Notes: generated from the letters alone by a model not told the origin. Numbered from the stretch's first letter, positions 52,501-62,634 are shown. The stretch is 64,000 nucleotides of DNA from Camelus dromedarius (GCF_036321535.1 NC_087437.1:27654001-27718000); one strand, 5' to 3'. Made by a program: numbers and translations.

Positions 52501-54682
52501 ATTGTGTTGACCTGTTCCATGTGTCTTCATTATTAGCAAGCTTGTCCTGTGTTACTGGATTGGAGACTGCCTGATGAGTCTGTCTGTACATTGGACTCTA
52601 ATCTTACTAGCAGTCCAACTTGAGATACACTGTCTTTTTATGTATTTCTAAGAAAGATAAAAAAAGAAAACAAAAACACCAAAAATGGGGAATCTAGTAG
52701 AACTGAGGCATCCAAGGACTATACTTTTTGTATGAGGTCAATGAGAAATAAAGCTGTCATGCAGAAAGGGCCAGCAAAGGAACTTACGTGTCTCAACCTT
52801 GACACTGGATGGTGGGAAGGAAATATTTGAACCATGAGCTCAAGCGGGCTTGAGGTGTGAATTCAAAGTGATCCAAAAAATTCTGGTTGGCAGTGTCATC
52901 AGGTTGACAGAAGCCAACACAAATCTTGAACAGAACTGGGCTTCACTGTCATAAGATGCTATGAATTGAATTCCAGTTTTCACCGGTTAAAGTGTGGGAA
53001 GAAATGTATCATAAAATTGAAAACGTGTGATATCAGTTTCAGGGAGGAGTGTGGCCTGCAATCGCCAATCCCATTCACAGTGTAGATGTTCCCTCCAACA
53101 TGGTCAAATCCCCTTTATCCTTAGTTTTGTCATAAGTAAACTGGAAATAATTACAGTGCCTACCTCTTAAGTGGGTACTGAAAATTAAATAAGAAAATGC
53201 AAGTAAAGCCCTCATTTGGCAATATTCTCACTAATATGAATATTAATACTCAGTGTGATGTTTTCTTAAATAAAAATAATTTTCCCCAAGTTCTGAATGT
53301 ATGTTTCAGAATGGTTTAGAACTGATACTTATATTTCCCTCTTTTAAAATTTCTCATTTCCAAATCACTGAGGAAAGTTACTACATTATTTGTTTATTTA
53401 CTACTTCCTGTCTTATACTGGAAATTTTTTTTAGGCTACAAATTTTGAAAATTTTCCTTATTGGTTAATGTGTACGTTTTATCCCAGTTAACATGCTGTG
53501 TCCTCCTGATACTTTTCTTATTACCGACACATTCCTTGGAAATAAGGGGAAATGATTTGCTTGTGCATCTGAATTACATGTATTCCTTTTTTGGTGATTG
53601 GCTACCTCTACAAAGGAACAGATTAATAATTATGAAGATGGATTGGTTTTTCCTGGAAGGGTTCACGGGGAGCCCAATGGAGAACTGGCTTCGTATTGCA
53701 GTCACTGTGTTTCTGGTCCAACTTGCACTGTCCACGTTGAGAGTGGCCCGCCCAGAACTCAGCTAGGATTCCAAATCCATGACTATTGTCACTTAGTGAG
53801 AAATGCCATCTGGCGATAGCTGTTGATTACCTTGTCCTAAAGAAGACAAATAATTTGGGGGATAGTATGCAAACCAAGTTGGAAAAATACAAAGGATGAA
53901 AAGAAGCCTGGCACTGTCATCATCAAGCTGAAGTGTCTGGGTGTTTGGATGGAGGAGACTTTAAAGGTCATTGAGATAAAGCATGTATTATTATTTTCCT
54001 TTCCTCTGTGGTGTCCCCTCTGGTGGATGTCTAGTCTGTGTTTCTTTGGTGACTTGGAAGTATTCTCCAAGAGCCAGGTATTTCAGCCAACTTTCACAGA
54101 CACAATTTATGATTTTGTGCTGGTAATTTATGCCTGAACTTCTCACATCTATGTCTTCCTTTAAAAAAAAAAAAGAATCTAAATTCAAGAGTTACTTTAG
54201 ATATTATAGGGCATGAAAAGAGAACTACTGAGCAGTCTTGTCTGACCTGGTGGTGTCAGATGAAATAAAACATGTGGAAGAGCCAATGACACGAAAGGAA
54301 CAGAGGATGTCCCTGGGTGGTGTGGGGTGGTTTAGGCAGTGAACACTGTGACTACCAAAGAAGAGATCCCTGGGGCTGGAGTCGTCTGAGAAGGCTCGGT
54401 GAGGAGCAGATTTAGGTCTTGTGCTTGAAGGCTGAACAGTGCTTGGCAAGGCAAAGATGGAGGAGGCAGGTGTGTGTCATTTTTGTTGCAACAGAACACT
54501 TAGGGGAAAGGTCTGTCGCGGGGTGGGGAGTGGAATGATACTAACCTCCTACTTCTAAATGTCTGATGCTGTTTGTTTCTTTCCAGATGCAGCAGCCCCC
54601 CCAGCCCCCCCAGCCCCCGCAGTCCTCGCAGCCCCAGAGCCAGACCCTTGGTCTCCAAGCAATGCAGCCCCAGCAGCCTTTG
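3439..54682 (+). CDS. MED12L: MED12L, partial multi-exon CDS (26 internal exons, 4001 nt; LCEWAV-downstream region through PQL and start of Q-rich OPA region)
   Basis: Exon translations join in frame with consistent phases and AG/GT (one GC) boundaries. The peptides are recognisable as Mediator subunit 12 family (e.g. [48 protein letters not shown]) and match the MED12L paralog as recalled. Confidence 0.97.
4229..4372 (+). CDS. MED12L: MED12L window exon 2 (144 nt)
   Basis: tgtag|ATC TCT AAC...ATC CAG|gtgtta; [48 protein letters not shown]. Confidence 0.95.
5104..5216 (-). mobile_element. tRNA-derived SINE (camelid Vic-1-like) with 17-bp TSD
   Basis: Minus strand GGGTATAGC...GAGGTCCTGGGTTCAATCCCCA (B box)...AAATAAATAAATAAACCTAGTTACCTC with A-rich tail. 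TSD GAGACCAAGTAGTTTTA at 5087-5103 and 5217-5233. Confidence 0.85.
5327..5490 (+). CDS. MED12L: MED12L window exon 3 (164 nt)
   Basis: tgtag|CTC CTA AAT...GAA GG|gttggt; [54 protein letters not shown]. Confidence 0.94.
6318..6485 (+). mobile_element. MIR SINE
   Basis: MIR core: gggcaagttacatcac...tgagcctcag...gtaaaatgagg. Confidence 0.7.
7286..7417 (+). CDS. MED12L: MED12L window exon 4 (132 nt)
   Basis: ctcag|A TTG TGT...TTC AG|gtgggt; [43 protein letters not shown]. Confidence 0.95.
8050..8976 (+). mobile_element. L2 fragment (3' end), interrupted by an L1 piece
   Basis: cagaataaaattcaagtcctt... and L2 terminus tctggctcatagaaggcact...tgttgaatgagtga. Confidence 0.6.
8464..8705 (-). mobile_element. 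Artiodactyl-type L1 3' UTR fragment
   Basis: ttttactgaaatatagttgatttacagtgttgtg...ctggtgtacagcag...gatattgaatatagtt..ctgtgctatgcagcaggacc. Confidence 0.8.
9640..9830 (-). mobile_element. MIR SINE (degenerate)
   Basis: gtgcctggcgctgtgctgagg...caatcctgggaggcag...gcctcgatttgaacgtaagtc. Confidence 0.45.
11838..12065 (+). CDS. MED12L: MED12L window exon 5 (228 nt)
   Basis: ctcag|T AGT GCC...GGA AG|gtgagc; [27 protein letters not shown]...CMGHQDAG. Confidence 0.94.
12696..12837 (+). CDS. MED12L: MED12L window exon 6 (142 nt)
   Basis: tctag|G ATT AAT...GTA GAC|gtaagt; [47 protein letters not shown]. Confidence 0.95.
13690..13835 (+). mobile_element. MIR SINE
   Basis: ctcatctgtaaaactgaaattaataatagta...attaaatgagg. 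Confidence 0.55.
14481..14601 (+). CDS. MED12L: MED12L window exon 7 (121 nt)
   Basis: tgaag|GTG AGT GAC...GCA G|gtaagg; [40 protein letters not shown]. Confidence 0.94.
14971..15072 (+). CDS. MED12L: MED12L window exon 8 (102 nt)
   Basis: cctag|CT TGC GGA...ACT G|gtgagc; [33 protein letters not shown]. Confidence 0.94.
15788..15901 (+). CDS. MED12L: MED12L window exon 9 (114 nt)
   Basis: catag|GA AAG CCT...CTT G|gtaaga; [37 protein letters not shown]. Confidence 0.95.
16834..16880. repeat. (CA)n microsatellite
   Basis: About 23 perfect CA units. Confidence 0.97.
19068..19267 (+). CDS. MED12L: MED12L window exon 10 (200 nt)
   Basis: tttag|GA GAT GCC...CAA CAG|gtacgc; [17 protein letters not shown]...[15 protein letters not shown]. 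Confidence 0.94.
19380..21190 (-). mobile_element. Old L1M (L1MC/MD-like) fragments
   Basis: Long T-rich degenerate stretch with L1MC-type motifs (gaaataatttcaaattt, gtatttgaaaaccaagatctgggcact, ttattttttcccttgcaattaataaat). Confidence 0.55.
21296..21490. mobile_element. MER5-like hAT-Charlie DNA transposon
   Basis: cacactagagtcacttggggagtttt...tttaacaagctccccagatgattttaatg.acagccag. Confidence 0.7.
22267..22455 (+). CDS. MED12L: MED12L window exon 11 (189 nt)
   Basis: ttcag|GAA TGG...CTT CAG|gtgagt; [27 protein letters not shown]...QHIKRILQ. Confidence 0.95.
23020..23094 (+). CDS. MED12L: MED12L window exon 12 (75 nt)
   Basis: cccag|AAT CTT GAG...GAC CCT|gtgagt; [25 protein letters not shown]. 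Confidence 0.94.
23205..23395 (+). CDS. MED12L: MED12L window exon 13 (191 nt)
   Basis: tccag|GGC TCT GGT...CTA AG|gtattt; [26 protein letters not shown]...NGIKTFL. Confidence 0.94.
24207..24368 (+). CDS. MED12L: MED12L window exon 14 (162 nt)
   Basis: tttag|T TCC TCC...AAA AG|gtatgg; [36 protein letters not shown]...RQKQK. Confidence 0.95.
25035..25275 (-). mobile_element. MIR SINE
   Basis: tttatagatgaataaactgaggcactgaaagattaagtaaatttctcaagg...ggtttaaacccc. Confidence 0.75.
26259..26370 (+). CDS. MED12L: MED12L window exon 15 (112 nt)
   Basis: cgtag|T ATG TCT...AAT CAG|gtaaag; [37 protein letters not shown]. Confidence 0.95.
27110..27670 (+). mobile_element. L2 fragment
   Basis: ctacacagcagccagagggatcctttat...aaggccctgcatgatttggc...ctcagatatcacctcct. 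Confidence 0.65.
28732..28821 (+). CDS. MED12L: MED12L window exon 16 (90 nt)
   Basis: tttag|ATT TTA AGT...AAT TTG|gtaaga; [30 protein letters not shown]. Confidence 0.95.
29793..29902 (+). CDS. MED12L: MED12L window exon 17 (110 nt)
   Basis: gctag|GTG GGA GGA...AAC AA|gtatgt; [36 protein letters not shown]. Confidence 0.95.
30029..30235 (+). mobile_element. L1 3' end fragment with A-rich tail and degenerate TSD
   Basis: aaaataagctacaaggatgtattgtacaacatgggg...caactatacttcaattt(a)n. Flanked by cttaaaaaaaaatcctgtgccttaa (30004-30028) and cttaaaaaaaattctataccttaa (30236-30259). Confidence 0.8.
30332..30467 (+). CDS. MED12L: MED12L window exon 18 (136 nt)
   Basis: cttag|T GAA TTA...CTA AAA|gtaagt; [45 protein letters not shown]. 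Confidence 0.95.
30942..31006 (-). other. P2RY12: Probable non-coding first exon (5' UTR) of P2RY12, antisense within a MED12L intron
   Basis: Minus strand reads ...CAATCAGAAGGCAGGAGCTGCAG...TCCAGGGTCAGACCACAAG|GTAACC with a GT donor at 30941-30940. It closely resembles my recollection of the 5' end of human P2RY12 mRNA (CAATCAGAAGACAGGAGCTGCAG...TCCAGGGTCAGATTACAAG). P2Y receptor genes are known to be nested antisense in MED12L. The start coordinate is approximate. Confidence 0.75.
31007..31210 (-). promoter_or_regulatory. Putative proximal promoter of the antisense (P2RY12) exon
   Basis: GATAAA on the minus strand at 31021-31026, C/EBP-like ATTGTGTAAC at 31047-31056, ETS ACGGAAAT at 31176-31183, and opposed ETS cores AGAGGAACTTCCTT at 31191-31204. 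Confidence 0.55.
31286..31447 (+). CDS. MED12L: MED12L window exon 19 (162 nt; GC donor)
   Basis: (t)n ag|AAA GAG CTG...AAA CAG|gcaaga; [54 protein letters not shown]. Confidence 0.92.
33244..33606 (+). CDS. MED12L: MED12L window exon 20 (363 nt)
   Basis: cacag|GGT CTC CAG...GCT GAT|gtgagt; [18 protein letters not shown]...EEEEEEP...[14 protein letters not shown]. Confidence 0.96.
35455..35611 (+). CDS. MED12L: MED12L window exon 21 (157 nt)
   Basis: tgaag|GAG TAC CCG...CCA G|gtatgt; [26 protein letters not shown]...QNQSLTP. Confidence 0.93.
36360..36550 (+). mobile_element. MIR SINE
   Basis: gagcggttaagagggctggtctgggagtcag...ctctgtgcctcagcttgagcatctgtaaag. Confidence 0.7.
36760..37115 (+). 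mobile_element. L2 3' end
   Basis: cctcagggctttagcacctgctg...aagctccatgagggcagg...agaacagcatctggcttgtggtgggctctt aaaaataagttgttgaa. Confidence 0.75.
37547..37603. repeat. (CA)n microsatellite, imperfect 3' part
   Basis: acacacac...acatacacatacat. Confidence 0.95.
38895..39106 (+). CDS. MED12L: MED12L window exon 22 (212 nt)
   Basis: ggtag|GT GGC TCC...CAG CAG|gtttgt; [26 protein letters not shown]...[21 protein letters not shown]. Confidence 0.94.
41200..42040 (-). mobile_element. Old L1M (L1ME-like) fragment
   Basis: ctgttgatggtcatttaagttatttccc...tctaaagtggttgtg...cacatcctcaccaacccttgatattatcagact. Confidence 0.65.
49099..49188 (+). CDS. MED12L: MED12L window exon 23 (90 nt)
   Basis: tccag|GGC CAG CCA...GCA CAG|gtaccc; [30 protein letters not shown]. 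Confidence 0.93.
49555..49715 (+). mobile_element. MIR SINE
   Basis: ggccttgggatcagacc...agctgtgtaactgtgcaggttactctgagtcttggcttccttctctgtgaaa. Confidence 0.55.
49892..50124 (+). CDS. MED12L: MED12L window exon 24 (233 nt)
   Basis: tgcag|ACC ATG CCC...CAG AG|gtgata; [17 protein letters not shown]...[10 protein letters not shown]. Confidence 0.94.
50674..50812. mobile_element. MER3-like hAT-Charlie element
   Basis: ctgtccattgtagtagctaccagccacgtgggcta...cagttgcactagtcac.tttcaagtgttcattggccacatgtggccagt. Confidence 0.75.
51265..51510 (+). mobile_element. MIR SINE
   Basis: ctgggtttaaatcccacctgtgccatttgctg...tctgttttctcattttaaaaatag...atggtgcctg. Confidence 0.65.
51784..51940 (+). CDS. MED12L: MED12L window exon 25 (157 nt)
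   Basis: accag|A CTG AAT...CTC CAG|gtaggg; [27 protein letters not shown]...QQQRLLQ. Confidence 0.94.
54587..54682 (+). CDS. MED12L: MED12L window exon 26 (96 nt)
   Basis: tccag|ATG CAG...CCT TTG|gtaagg; [32 protein letters not shown]. Confidence 0.92.
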
Positions 54683-55964
54683 GTAAGGCCTGGTGTTTTG
54701 GAACCAGGCGTGTGGGTTTCTTCTTCTCCTTTTTTTTTTTTTTTTTTTTTTTTTTTGGTGGGGCGGGGGTGTGTGATTCTTTAAAGGCAGATTGCATTTT
54801 TCATGTCCCACAAGATTGTTAAGAACTGAAATAGCCTAATAGGCTCTAGCAGTTTCTCCCTAGAAACTTACCAGAATAGGACTGTGTTATTGTCGTAGTC
54901 AGTTGATTAGTGTTCATAGAAAATAAATAAATATTGAGGGTTGAGTAGTTTACACCATTTTTCTTATTCAAATTTCTTGAGACTTTTCCATGGACTAAAA
55001 TATGTATATTGAAAAACCAAGCTTTTTCCCTAAACAGTGTTAAAATGATAACTTACTATATATATATATTTAGAATATTATCTTGCTTTGCTTTGAGTTT
55101 TTACTATAATCTCAAAGAGGCATGAGAATACTTTCTAAAGTTTTATTTTTTTAAAAGAAACTCCAATTTCAGCCAGTTAGTATTTGCTGTGAGAATTTTC
55201 ATACAGTTTATTTCATGTAATTTCATGAAATTTTCATGTAATCATATAATTCACTTCTGTAGCTTTGTAAATCAAATTTTGAAATGCTACCAGCGTAGCA
55301 TCAGTCAGCGTTTTCTCCAGCGGAGTTTACAACAGCTTTTACTGCTGCAAGCGCCACACCCCTTCTTTATTATTTATTACGCTTGTCTTTCCTTAAATTG
55401 CCTCTTTTTGTTCCCTTAAATACATCCTAAAGCCCTCAGACAAGCTGGCTTACCACACGCGTGTCTCATGTTTTGGAAAACACTGAGGTAGACTCCTTCC
55501 AGGACAGGATTTGAAAGAAGGTTGGTTTGGCAGTTTGTAGTAGAGAAGGAACAGCATGGCTGGGGCTGTGGTCTGTTAGGAGGGATCAGAGTAGAGTTAG
55601 GTGGGAAAAGGCTGATAGTGGAACATGGTTAACTGTGACAGGGCATCTCGAGGACATTTTATAAGCCTCTGCCTTGGCCAGTTTGATCTTCATTTTTAAG
55701 GAAATTCTTTATCATGGATGTAGTTTTTCTAGCTCTGATGCTTCCCCCCAGCCCCCAATGTGTCTGTGACATGTACTGCAACCTACTTGAAAAGTCCTTT
55801 TCCAAGCAGAGGCAGTAGTATATAAACCTTCACAGGCTGCCTACTTCTTACATCGTCAGAGGTGGTTGTTAGCGGAGATGAGCTGTTACTTACAAATGCT
55901 GTGGAAGGGACGCTTTTGCGTGGGATACTGGTAGCGGACTCTAATGTTCCACCCAGGGACAAGA

Positions 55965-56880
55965 TGTAACTTTATTTTGAAAAAACTTCAAATGAACAGA
56001 AGAGTTACAAGAATAATATAGGAATTGCCATAAACCCTTCACCCAAATCCACTCATTACTAACATTTCCTCACATTTGCTTTATTATCTTCTTTCTCTTT
56101 CTCTGTGTGTATATATACAAATGCATGTGCAGTTTTCCCCCGGATCTGTATATATTAGTGAGTTGCAGACTCGTGCCCCATTCTCTAAATTCTTCAGTGT
56201 GCTTTTTCAAGAATAAGGATATTCTCTTACAGAAACTTGGTAAATTAATAAAATCAGGAAATTTAACGACACACCACCATAACCTCTACGTCTTCTGCAC
56301 ACTGTGTCACTTGCACCAGTAATGCCCTTTACGGTAGTTTTTCCTTTTGTACACTTTTCCAAAGTGTAGTATCACACTTTGCATTTAGCCTTTGTGTCTT
56401 TTTACTTACCTTTAATCTGCAACAGTTCTGCAGCCTTTTTTTTCCCGTCTTCATAACATTGACATTTTTGAAGCGTATAGGATTTTGTAGAATGTTACTG
56501 TTTGATTTGCTCATAATTTCCTCATAATTCGATTCAGATTGTGCATTTTTGGCAGGATGTGTCTTAGTGTATCACATTAGGATATACACGATTGGTGAAA
56601 CTACTTTAATTTCTCTGTGTAAGTAATGTGATAGATTTCTCCACTGTGAACTTACTGATTTCCCTTTTGTAATCATTAACTAATTTATGGGGATACTTCT
56701 ACTCATCACGCCTTCACCCACCGGTGTTAGCATATATTAAATCATTCTTGCCTAAATCCATTTTTACTGTGGTAGTAGAAAAATGATAATTTGCTATTCA
56801 CAGTATTTTTTCTGCATTTAAATGTTTGTATTCTGTTTTAAGGAAGAACCTTCCCTTCTTCCCCATTTGTCTGTTTCTAA
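55965..56880 (-). mobile_element. Old L1M (L1MC-like) fragment
   Basis: tttgaaaaaacttcaaat.aacagaagagttacaagaata...aagaataaggatattctcttaca...aaaatcaggaaatttaac. Confidence 0.65.
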
Positions 56881-59454
56881 GTTATGTTTTAAATATGAAG
56901 CCTAACATTTGACTCTTTGGCTTTAAAATGTGCAGCTTCTGGGGAGGGTTTAAATTCTCCAGCTTTACTCAGTATTCTGTAGTTGCATTTGGTATCAGAT
57001 TAAATTTGACAATTATAAAATTCACTTTCCACTAGGCATATTATGATATCAGGCAGTAGTAATGAAGCTTAAAGTCACCCTACTCTTTTGTTGAATACAG
57101 CAAAGCATTCTGGTGGTATTTACAGGCAGCCAAGAAATAAATGATAGAATATGTACCAATTATGGCATGTTGAGTGTCTGGAATATTTGATGTTGACCAG
57201 ACACATCTTTAGCCTTTTTTCTTTCTAACTTAAAACAAAGACTTCTTATGCTGTAATGATCATTTTAGCAGCAGAGGAGTATGTAAAGTACTGAGGAAAT
57301 AGCTGTAATATAATAATGCCTTTTCAGAGATTTAATGCAGATTCATAAATGAGCACTTCACTAATAAGTATAAGGAACCCACTGATTTAAGAATTATAAC
57401 TTCTTTGGCTGGCCATTGATAATAAAGAAATGGTTGTGTAACACCTACTTTAACAAGAAAGCAAACATGAAATGTAGGACTCTTCAGTTACTTTTGAATA
57501 TATAACAGTAGGATATTGCACATTTTTAGCTGCTTTTTAACCCTTGATTCACATATGTAGTTAAATACGTTGTACATGAAAGATACACACGAAAGTGGCT
57601 CACAAATAATAAGAAAATCTTTCTCTCTGCACATTTAACCTATATACTTAAAGTTATATTTAATCACACAGATGTATAACCGCCACCGTAAAGTGATGAG
57701 TTTTACTTTTCAAAAATATTGACTTGCAGTTAAGCAGACATTAACAGTTACCTTCATTGGTTTTTCTCTTTGACCTTCATCTACCTATTACTACATAGTA
57801 TGTTGGTTGATTTATAACATAACATGTAGGAATATATTAAATATTTAGGTTATAAAAATCAGTTTTATTCTCAGAGACTCCTGCTGCATAACACAAATGG
57901 ATGTGGACATCAGGTGCCTGAAATGTAACAGTTAGTTTGGGTAGGGGGAAAATAAACATTTGATTCTGTCACAAGGTTAAATTTATAGGCTGGAGTAGAA
58001 TTTGTCTTTAAATTTTTAGTTAGAATTGGAAGCAGAGGTCTGGCTTATGCAGAACTGATAGGAGACCCTGTCCCTCTGTTCCACTAGAATTAAAGCAAGT
58101 CTAATATAACGGAATTTAGTATCTCTCTACTCATTCTAGTAGTTTCATTAATATTTAGTATGTTTTTTGTGTAAAGAATATATATCAAACTTCTTCAATT
58201 TTGATTTCTAAGACCATATTGACATGTTTACTATAGCGTGTTGTACTTCTCTCACTGGCTAAAAATACTTCCATCCCTGGGATTGAGTGGGTTAAGTCGG
58301 GTCACGCAGGTGATTGTCCCCATTGTGTTCGTAGGAAAGTCATTCCACAGAAACAGAAACCTTCATTCACAGCAATCCTAATGGGTAGTAAAATCCACAG
58401 TAGGCTTTTTATGACCTGTTTTTCTTTTTGAGCTGAAATTTTTTAAAAGCTACCTTGAGAAGCATAGTGTCTTGCTTTGATATTTCGAGTGCCAAATTGT
58501 CACCTAGGCAACAGTTACTCGTACTAAGAAATGTTGATGTGTCATAAGTCTTGGGATGGGCTAAGAAATTTGTCACTTAAAATGATAGATATCAGGTAAT
58601 TTCAGAATTAGAAGTTATTGGGATGGTCAGTGATGTTGGATTTTTACACTTATCATTCTTATTTTGCATATTTTTATTATAGTGTACTTATTTATATAGA
58701 CTTTTAAGTTTATTAATATAGTCCACGTTTGTAATTTTTAAGTAGCGGTGAAGTCAGTCCGTTGATCTGCTGTTACTTGTGTAACCACCCCACCTGCTGT
58801 CGAACATTTAGATGGGTTTCCAATTTCAAAAATACTGCTGTTTGGGGATATTTTGATATATATTCTATTGCTCTTTTTTGGTCTTCTCATGATAAAAAAA
58901 AATATAAGAAAAAAAATTCTAATGATGTATCTTTAGAACAGCCATAGCACCGGAGCCTTAGCCATGTTAACAAAAATTTTATATATTTTTTTATCTTTAG
59001 GTACTGTTCCTCTTCTCATTAGTTCCACTAAGATTTATTACATATATTATCAATATATTTATTTGTACTTATTATGAACGTCTCCAGCAGATCCAGTTCT
59101 TGTTACTGGCCAGGGTTCTTCATTCTGTTTGTTTCTTTGCTGGAGCCGCAGCGGTAGCTAGCTGTTGAAGAGACACCAGCTCTGACTCATTCAGAGCTGT
59201 CACCCGTGCAGTCTCAGGGGAGAAGCGATAGCGCTGACACAGCCACCGCCCTCCCATGACGTGCCCTCCCGCCGTCTGGTGACGCTCACAAGTGGACAGA
59301 CGCGCACTCAGTACGTAAGAGGGGAGGCCAGCACTCTGGCCGAGGCAGTGATGACGTGCCAGGCTTGCCCCCTGCCACCAGGCGGCTTGGACTCACCAGA
59401 AGCTGCGGAGGGGCTGCACGGCACCTGGAAAGCAGGAGAAGTGCTGTCGAGGCT

Positions 59455-59889
59455 GTGCTCGTTGGCTGGGGCTGCCCTGAGGGAGCACCGCAGAGGGCGT
59501 GGCTTAAACAGCAGGAATGACTGGGCTGGAGGCGGGAGGTCCAAGATTCAGGTGTTGGCGGAGCTGGTTTCTACTGAGAGCTGGGAGGGAACTCTGCTCC
59601 CCGCCTCTCTTCCAGCTTCTGGAGGTTTGCTGGGCATCTTTGACACTCCTTGTCTCATAGAGACATCTCCCTGATCTCTAGCCTCATCCTCTCCTGACGC
59701 TCTCCCTGTATGTGTGTGTGTGTCCAAACTTCCCTTTCTTTACAGGGACACTACTCATCAGGTCCAACCCACATGACCTCATTGTAACTTGATTACCTCT
59801 GTAAAGACCGCCTCCAAATAGTCACTGTCTGAGGTACTGATGGTTAGGACACCAGCGTATTTGGGGCAAGCATAATTCAACCCATAACA
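59455..59889 (-). mobile_element. MLT1 (MaLR) solo LTR
   Basis: gggctgcc...gtggcttaaacagcag...ctggaggcgggaggtccaagattcaggtgttggc...aacttgattacctctgtaaagacc...cataattcaacccataaca. Confidence 0.85.
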
Positions 59890-62634
59890 GAGGTCAGGAG
59901 GCGTGTGAGAAGATTGGGAAGCCTTGAAGGAGGAGGTTGAATGCAGGGGACCTGGAAAGGCACTTGGGTTTGATTCACTGCTTTTTGACTGTTTCCTTGT
60001 TGACATGGGCCACGAGGGGTGGGGGGGAACAGGGATCATTAACACCATGCAGGCAGGGGGACCACTGCTGTGGAGGGTGTACCTAAGAGTCACAGCTAAC
60101 TTAGGACAGAAACTGGTGCTTTTTCAAAAAGTGTCATCAGAAAACAAAGAGAACTTCTCGGTGAAGAGAAAGAGTCAGAAAAACTTGTGCTTACAGATGA
60201 AATTCTGGTGTTGTCATTTGCTTACATAAGTCACTTGTCTTCCGTGAAGCAAGAGCATCTAGAAAGAGAGTAGGTGCCCTTGCTGGAAAGTTATATTTGA
60301 CATCTCTAGTTTTGGCCTAAATTATTATTCTTGACTTGAAAAATACTTTTAAAGCATACGAGTTGTTATGATTAAATTAACTCAGCTAAATATGTTGGCA
60401 GGCTATGGTCTTTTAAAGCTGCTTCCAGCTTTTAAGAAAATGATGTTTACACCATCCCGCTCTGTCATTTTTTTTCATCTTACACTCAGGGTGTCCTGGT
60501 CAGATGAGCCAGAAAACATGCTAACAGAAAGCTTTGCAAGTTTTGAATGGAAGAACTTAGGTCCATTGAACTTTACTGAACCATGGTGCTTTCCTTTGCA
60601 TAAATTTGGAATTTTTTTTTCTCTTTTTTTGAAGGGAAAGGAGTAGTATTTACAGGAGGATGGGGAAGACTTTGTTGGGAGATTTGTGGTAACAGGACAG
60701 ATACTTTGAATTTTTTTTTTAAACTATGTGCAGATCAAAAAAAAAAATCGCTTAGTGGAAGTTACTAGTTAACTTGCAAATGAATGCATAGTAAAAACTG
60801 AAATCCACCGGCTGCTGGTCCTGAGTGTGCCATCCAGAGCACATGTCCTTCTGTCCAGGCGCTCAGTGGAGGGGCCTGGGTGGTGCTGTGGTCTCTTCCG
60901 CAAAACTTTGTGTTCTGTGCATCAGAGGAGCGTGAATCTGTCTGTGGAGCCTGTCAGTCGGCAGTGCAGGTTTGCAGTCAATGTTGCCTTGGTACTTTGT
61001 TCCTTGCCGACTGATAGTGTCGTTACAGGCGTCAGGACTCGGCTGTCAGGAGGCAAGGACTGTGTTTCCTCACTTTGGTGTCCCTGGAACCCAGAAAAGT
61101 ACCTGGATTTGGACAACTCATTTACTGGATGTCTTGGCAATGAAGGAAATAAACTCTACACATTATCCATAAGCAAAGGAAAACACAGTTCGGAAGGCAA
61201 GACATGTAAACCAGCTGTGAGGCAGCGTGAAGGCCCATCACTAACTGAATCAGCCCTGCTGCTGATAATCGGTCAGTGTCTGCTGCTGCTGCTGAAAGGG
61301 GAGCCCCGAGATGGCAGCTGTTCTGAGACAAAAAGGACTCAGTGACAGTTACTCAAATAGAAATTATTAGTGATGCATTTTTGCCTTAGTGGTGACTGAG
61401 TAGAAAAATTAAAGGTTCCTGAGTAAATGTGTGTTGTCCAAATAGGAATTTAGGGATCAGTCAAAATACATCAGTTTTTTATTGTTGCTGCTGTTCAGCA
61501 GGAACGTGGCTGTGCCGTGGTGGCGAGTTAGACCTGACTGATTGTTGAGCTCTGTGCTTTGTCTTGTGGTTGCAGCAGAAACACAGCACAGCTCCTGCCC
61601 CCAAGAAACTCAAAACCCAGAACACTAGAGAGAGGGGCAGTTGTCCTGGTACCCCATGTTTGATAGTAATGGCATCTGTGTGGTGCTAAGAATACAGATC
61701 AATGACTCACTCTTCAAATGCCTGAGGGAGCAAGCGAGAACTTGAGCTGATCTTTGAAAGAGGAAGACTTTTAGGGGCATGAGGGTAGGGGGAAGGGGGC
61801 AGGAAGGGTATTCTCGGAGGAGGGATTAACGTCTGCGAAGGCACAGAGCTGAGAGAAACCGTGATCATGTCCTGTGTGGATAGAGTTCAGAGAAATCTTT
61901 CCCTCTTTATCACATTTAAACAGGGAAGATCCAACATACACAGACTGTGATTTTTAGAACCTCTAGAGGACTGTTTTGCTGCAGAAATTGAATGTTTGAT
62001 TATGGAGTACTGTTGTAGACCTTGCTTAGTCTGTATGTTATGACTATTTCATGGTAAATTGGACCTGCGCTGAATTCTATAACATATCTGCCACAAGGAC
62101 TTTGGATGACAGACTGAGGATGGTTGGTACCACATCAGATTTAAGTTGGCTAAGGTGTACCTGTGTACAGTCTAGAACACTACCTAGTACCACATTAGGT
62201 TTTGTTAAACAAATCGAGTGATATTTCCAAATAAGCATAGAAACCACTGAATAGAAAAGAAAGCACTGACATTTCCAGGTCTGAAAAATGAGTTTTTGTT
62301 TCCTTTTTTCCTCTTGACTTGGGCAATAGAAAAAAAAATTGGAAAAGTGCTATTTTCCTGCCTTGTGTCAGGGAAAATAGTAACATTGGTGGAAATGTAC
62401 CTTTCTTGTTATGTGGAAATTGAAGACACTTTAGAGTGAATCATTCTGTTCATTTTTACTGAGCACCTACTGTGTACCTGGTAATGCTGGATACATTCTT
62501 AGCGATGCATCAGGAAATAAGCCCAAGTCTTTATCCTGAAGTCACTCACAGTCTAGTGGGAGAGAAAGAGTTGAGCCAATGGCTGTGCCAAATATTCGGT
62601 TTTAAACGAATTAACCTGGCAATGCCCTCTAATT

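Noticed and set aside
59261..59674. 137-aa ORF
   Set aside because: It runs through a GC-rich patch and an MLT1 LTR, where stops are scarce by composition.
60827..61345. 172-aa plus-strand ORF, the longest non-exon ORF
   Set aside because: It has a GTG start and no recognisable domain, and does not resemble the expected next MED12L exon (FPRQGLQQ...), which I did not find in the window.
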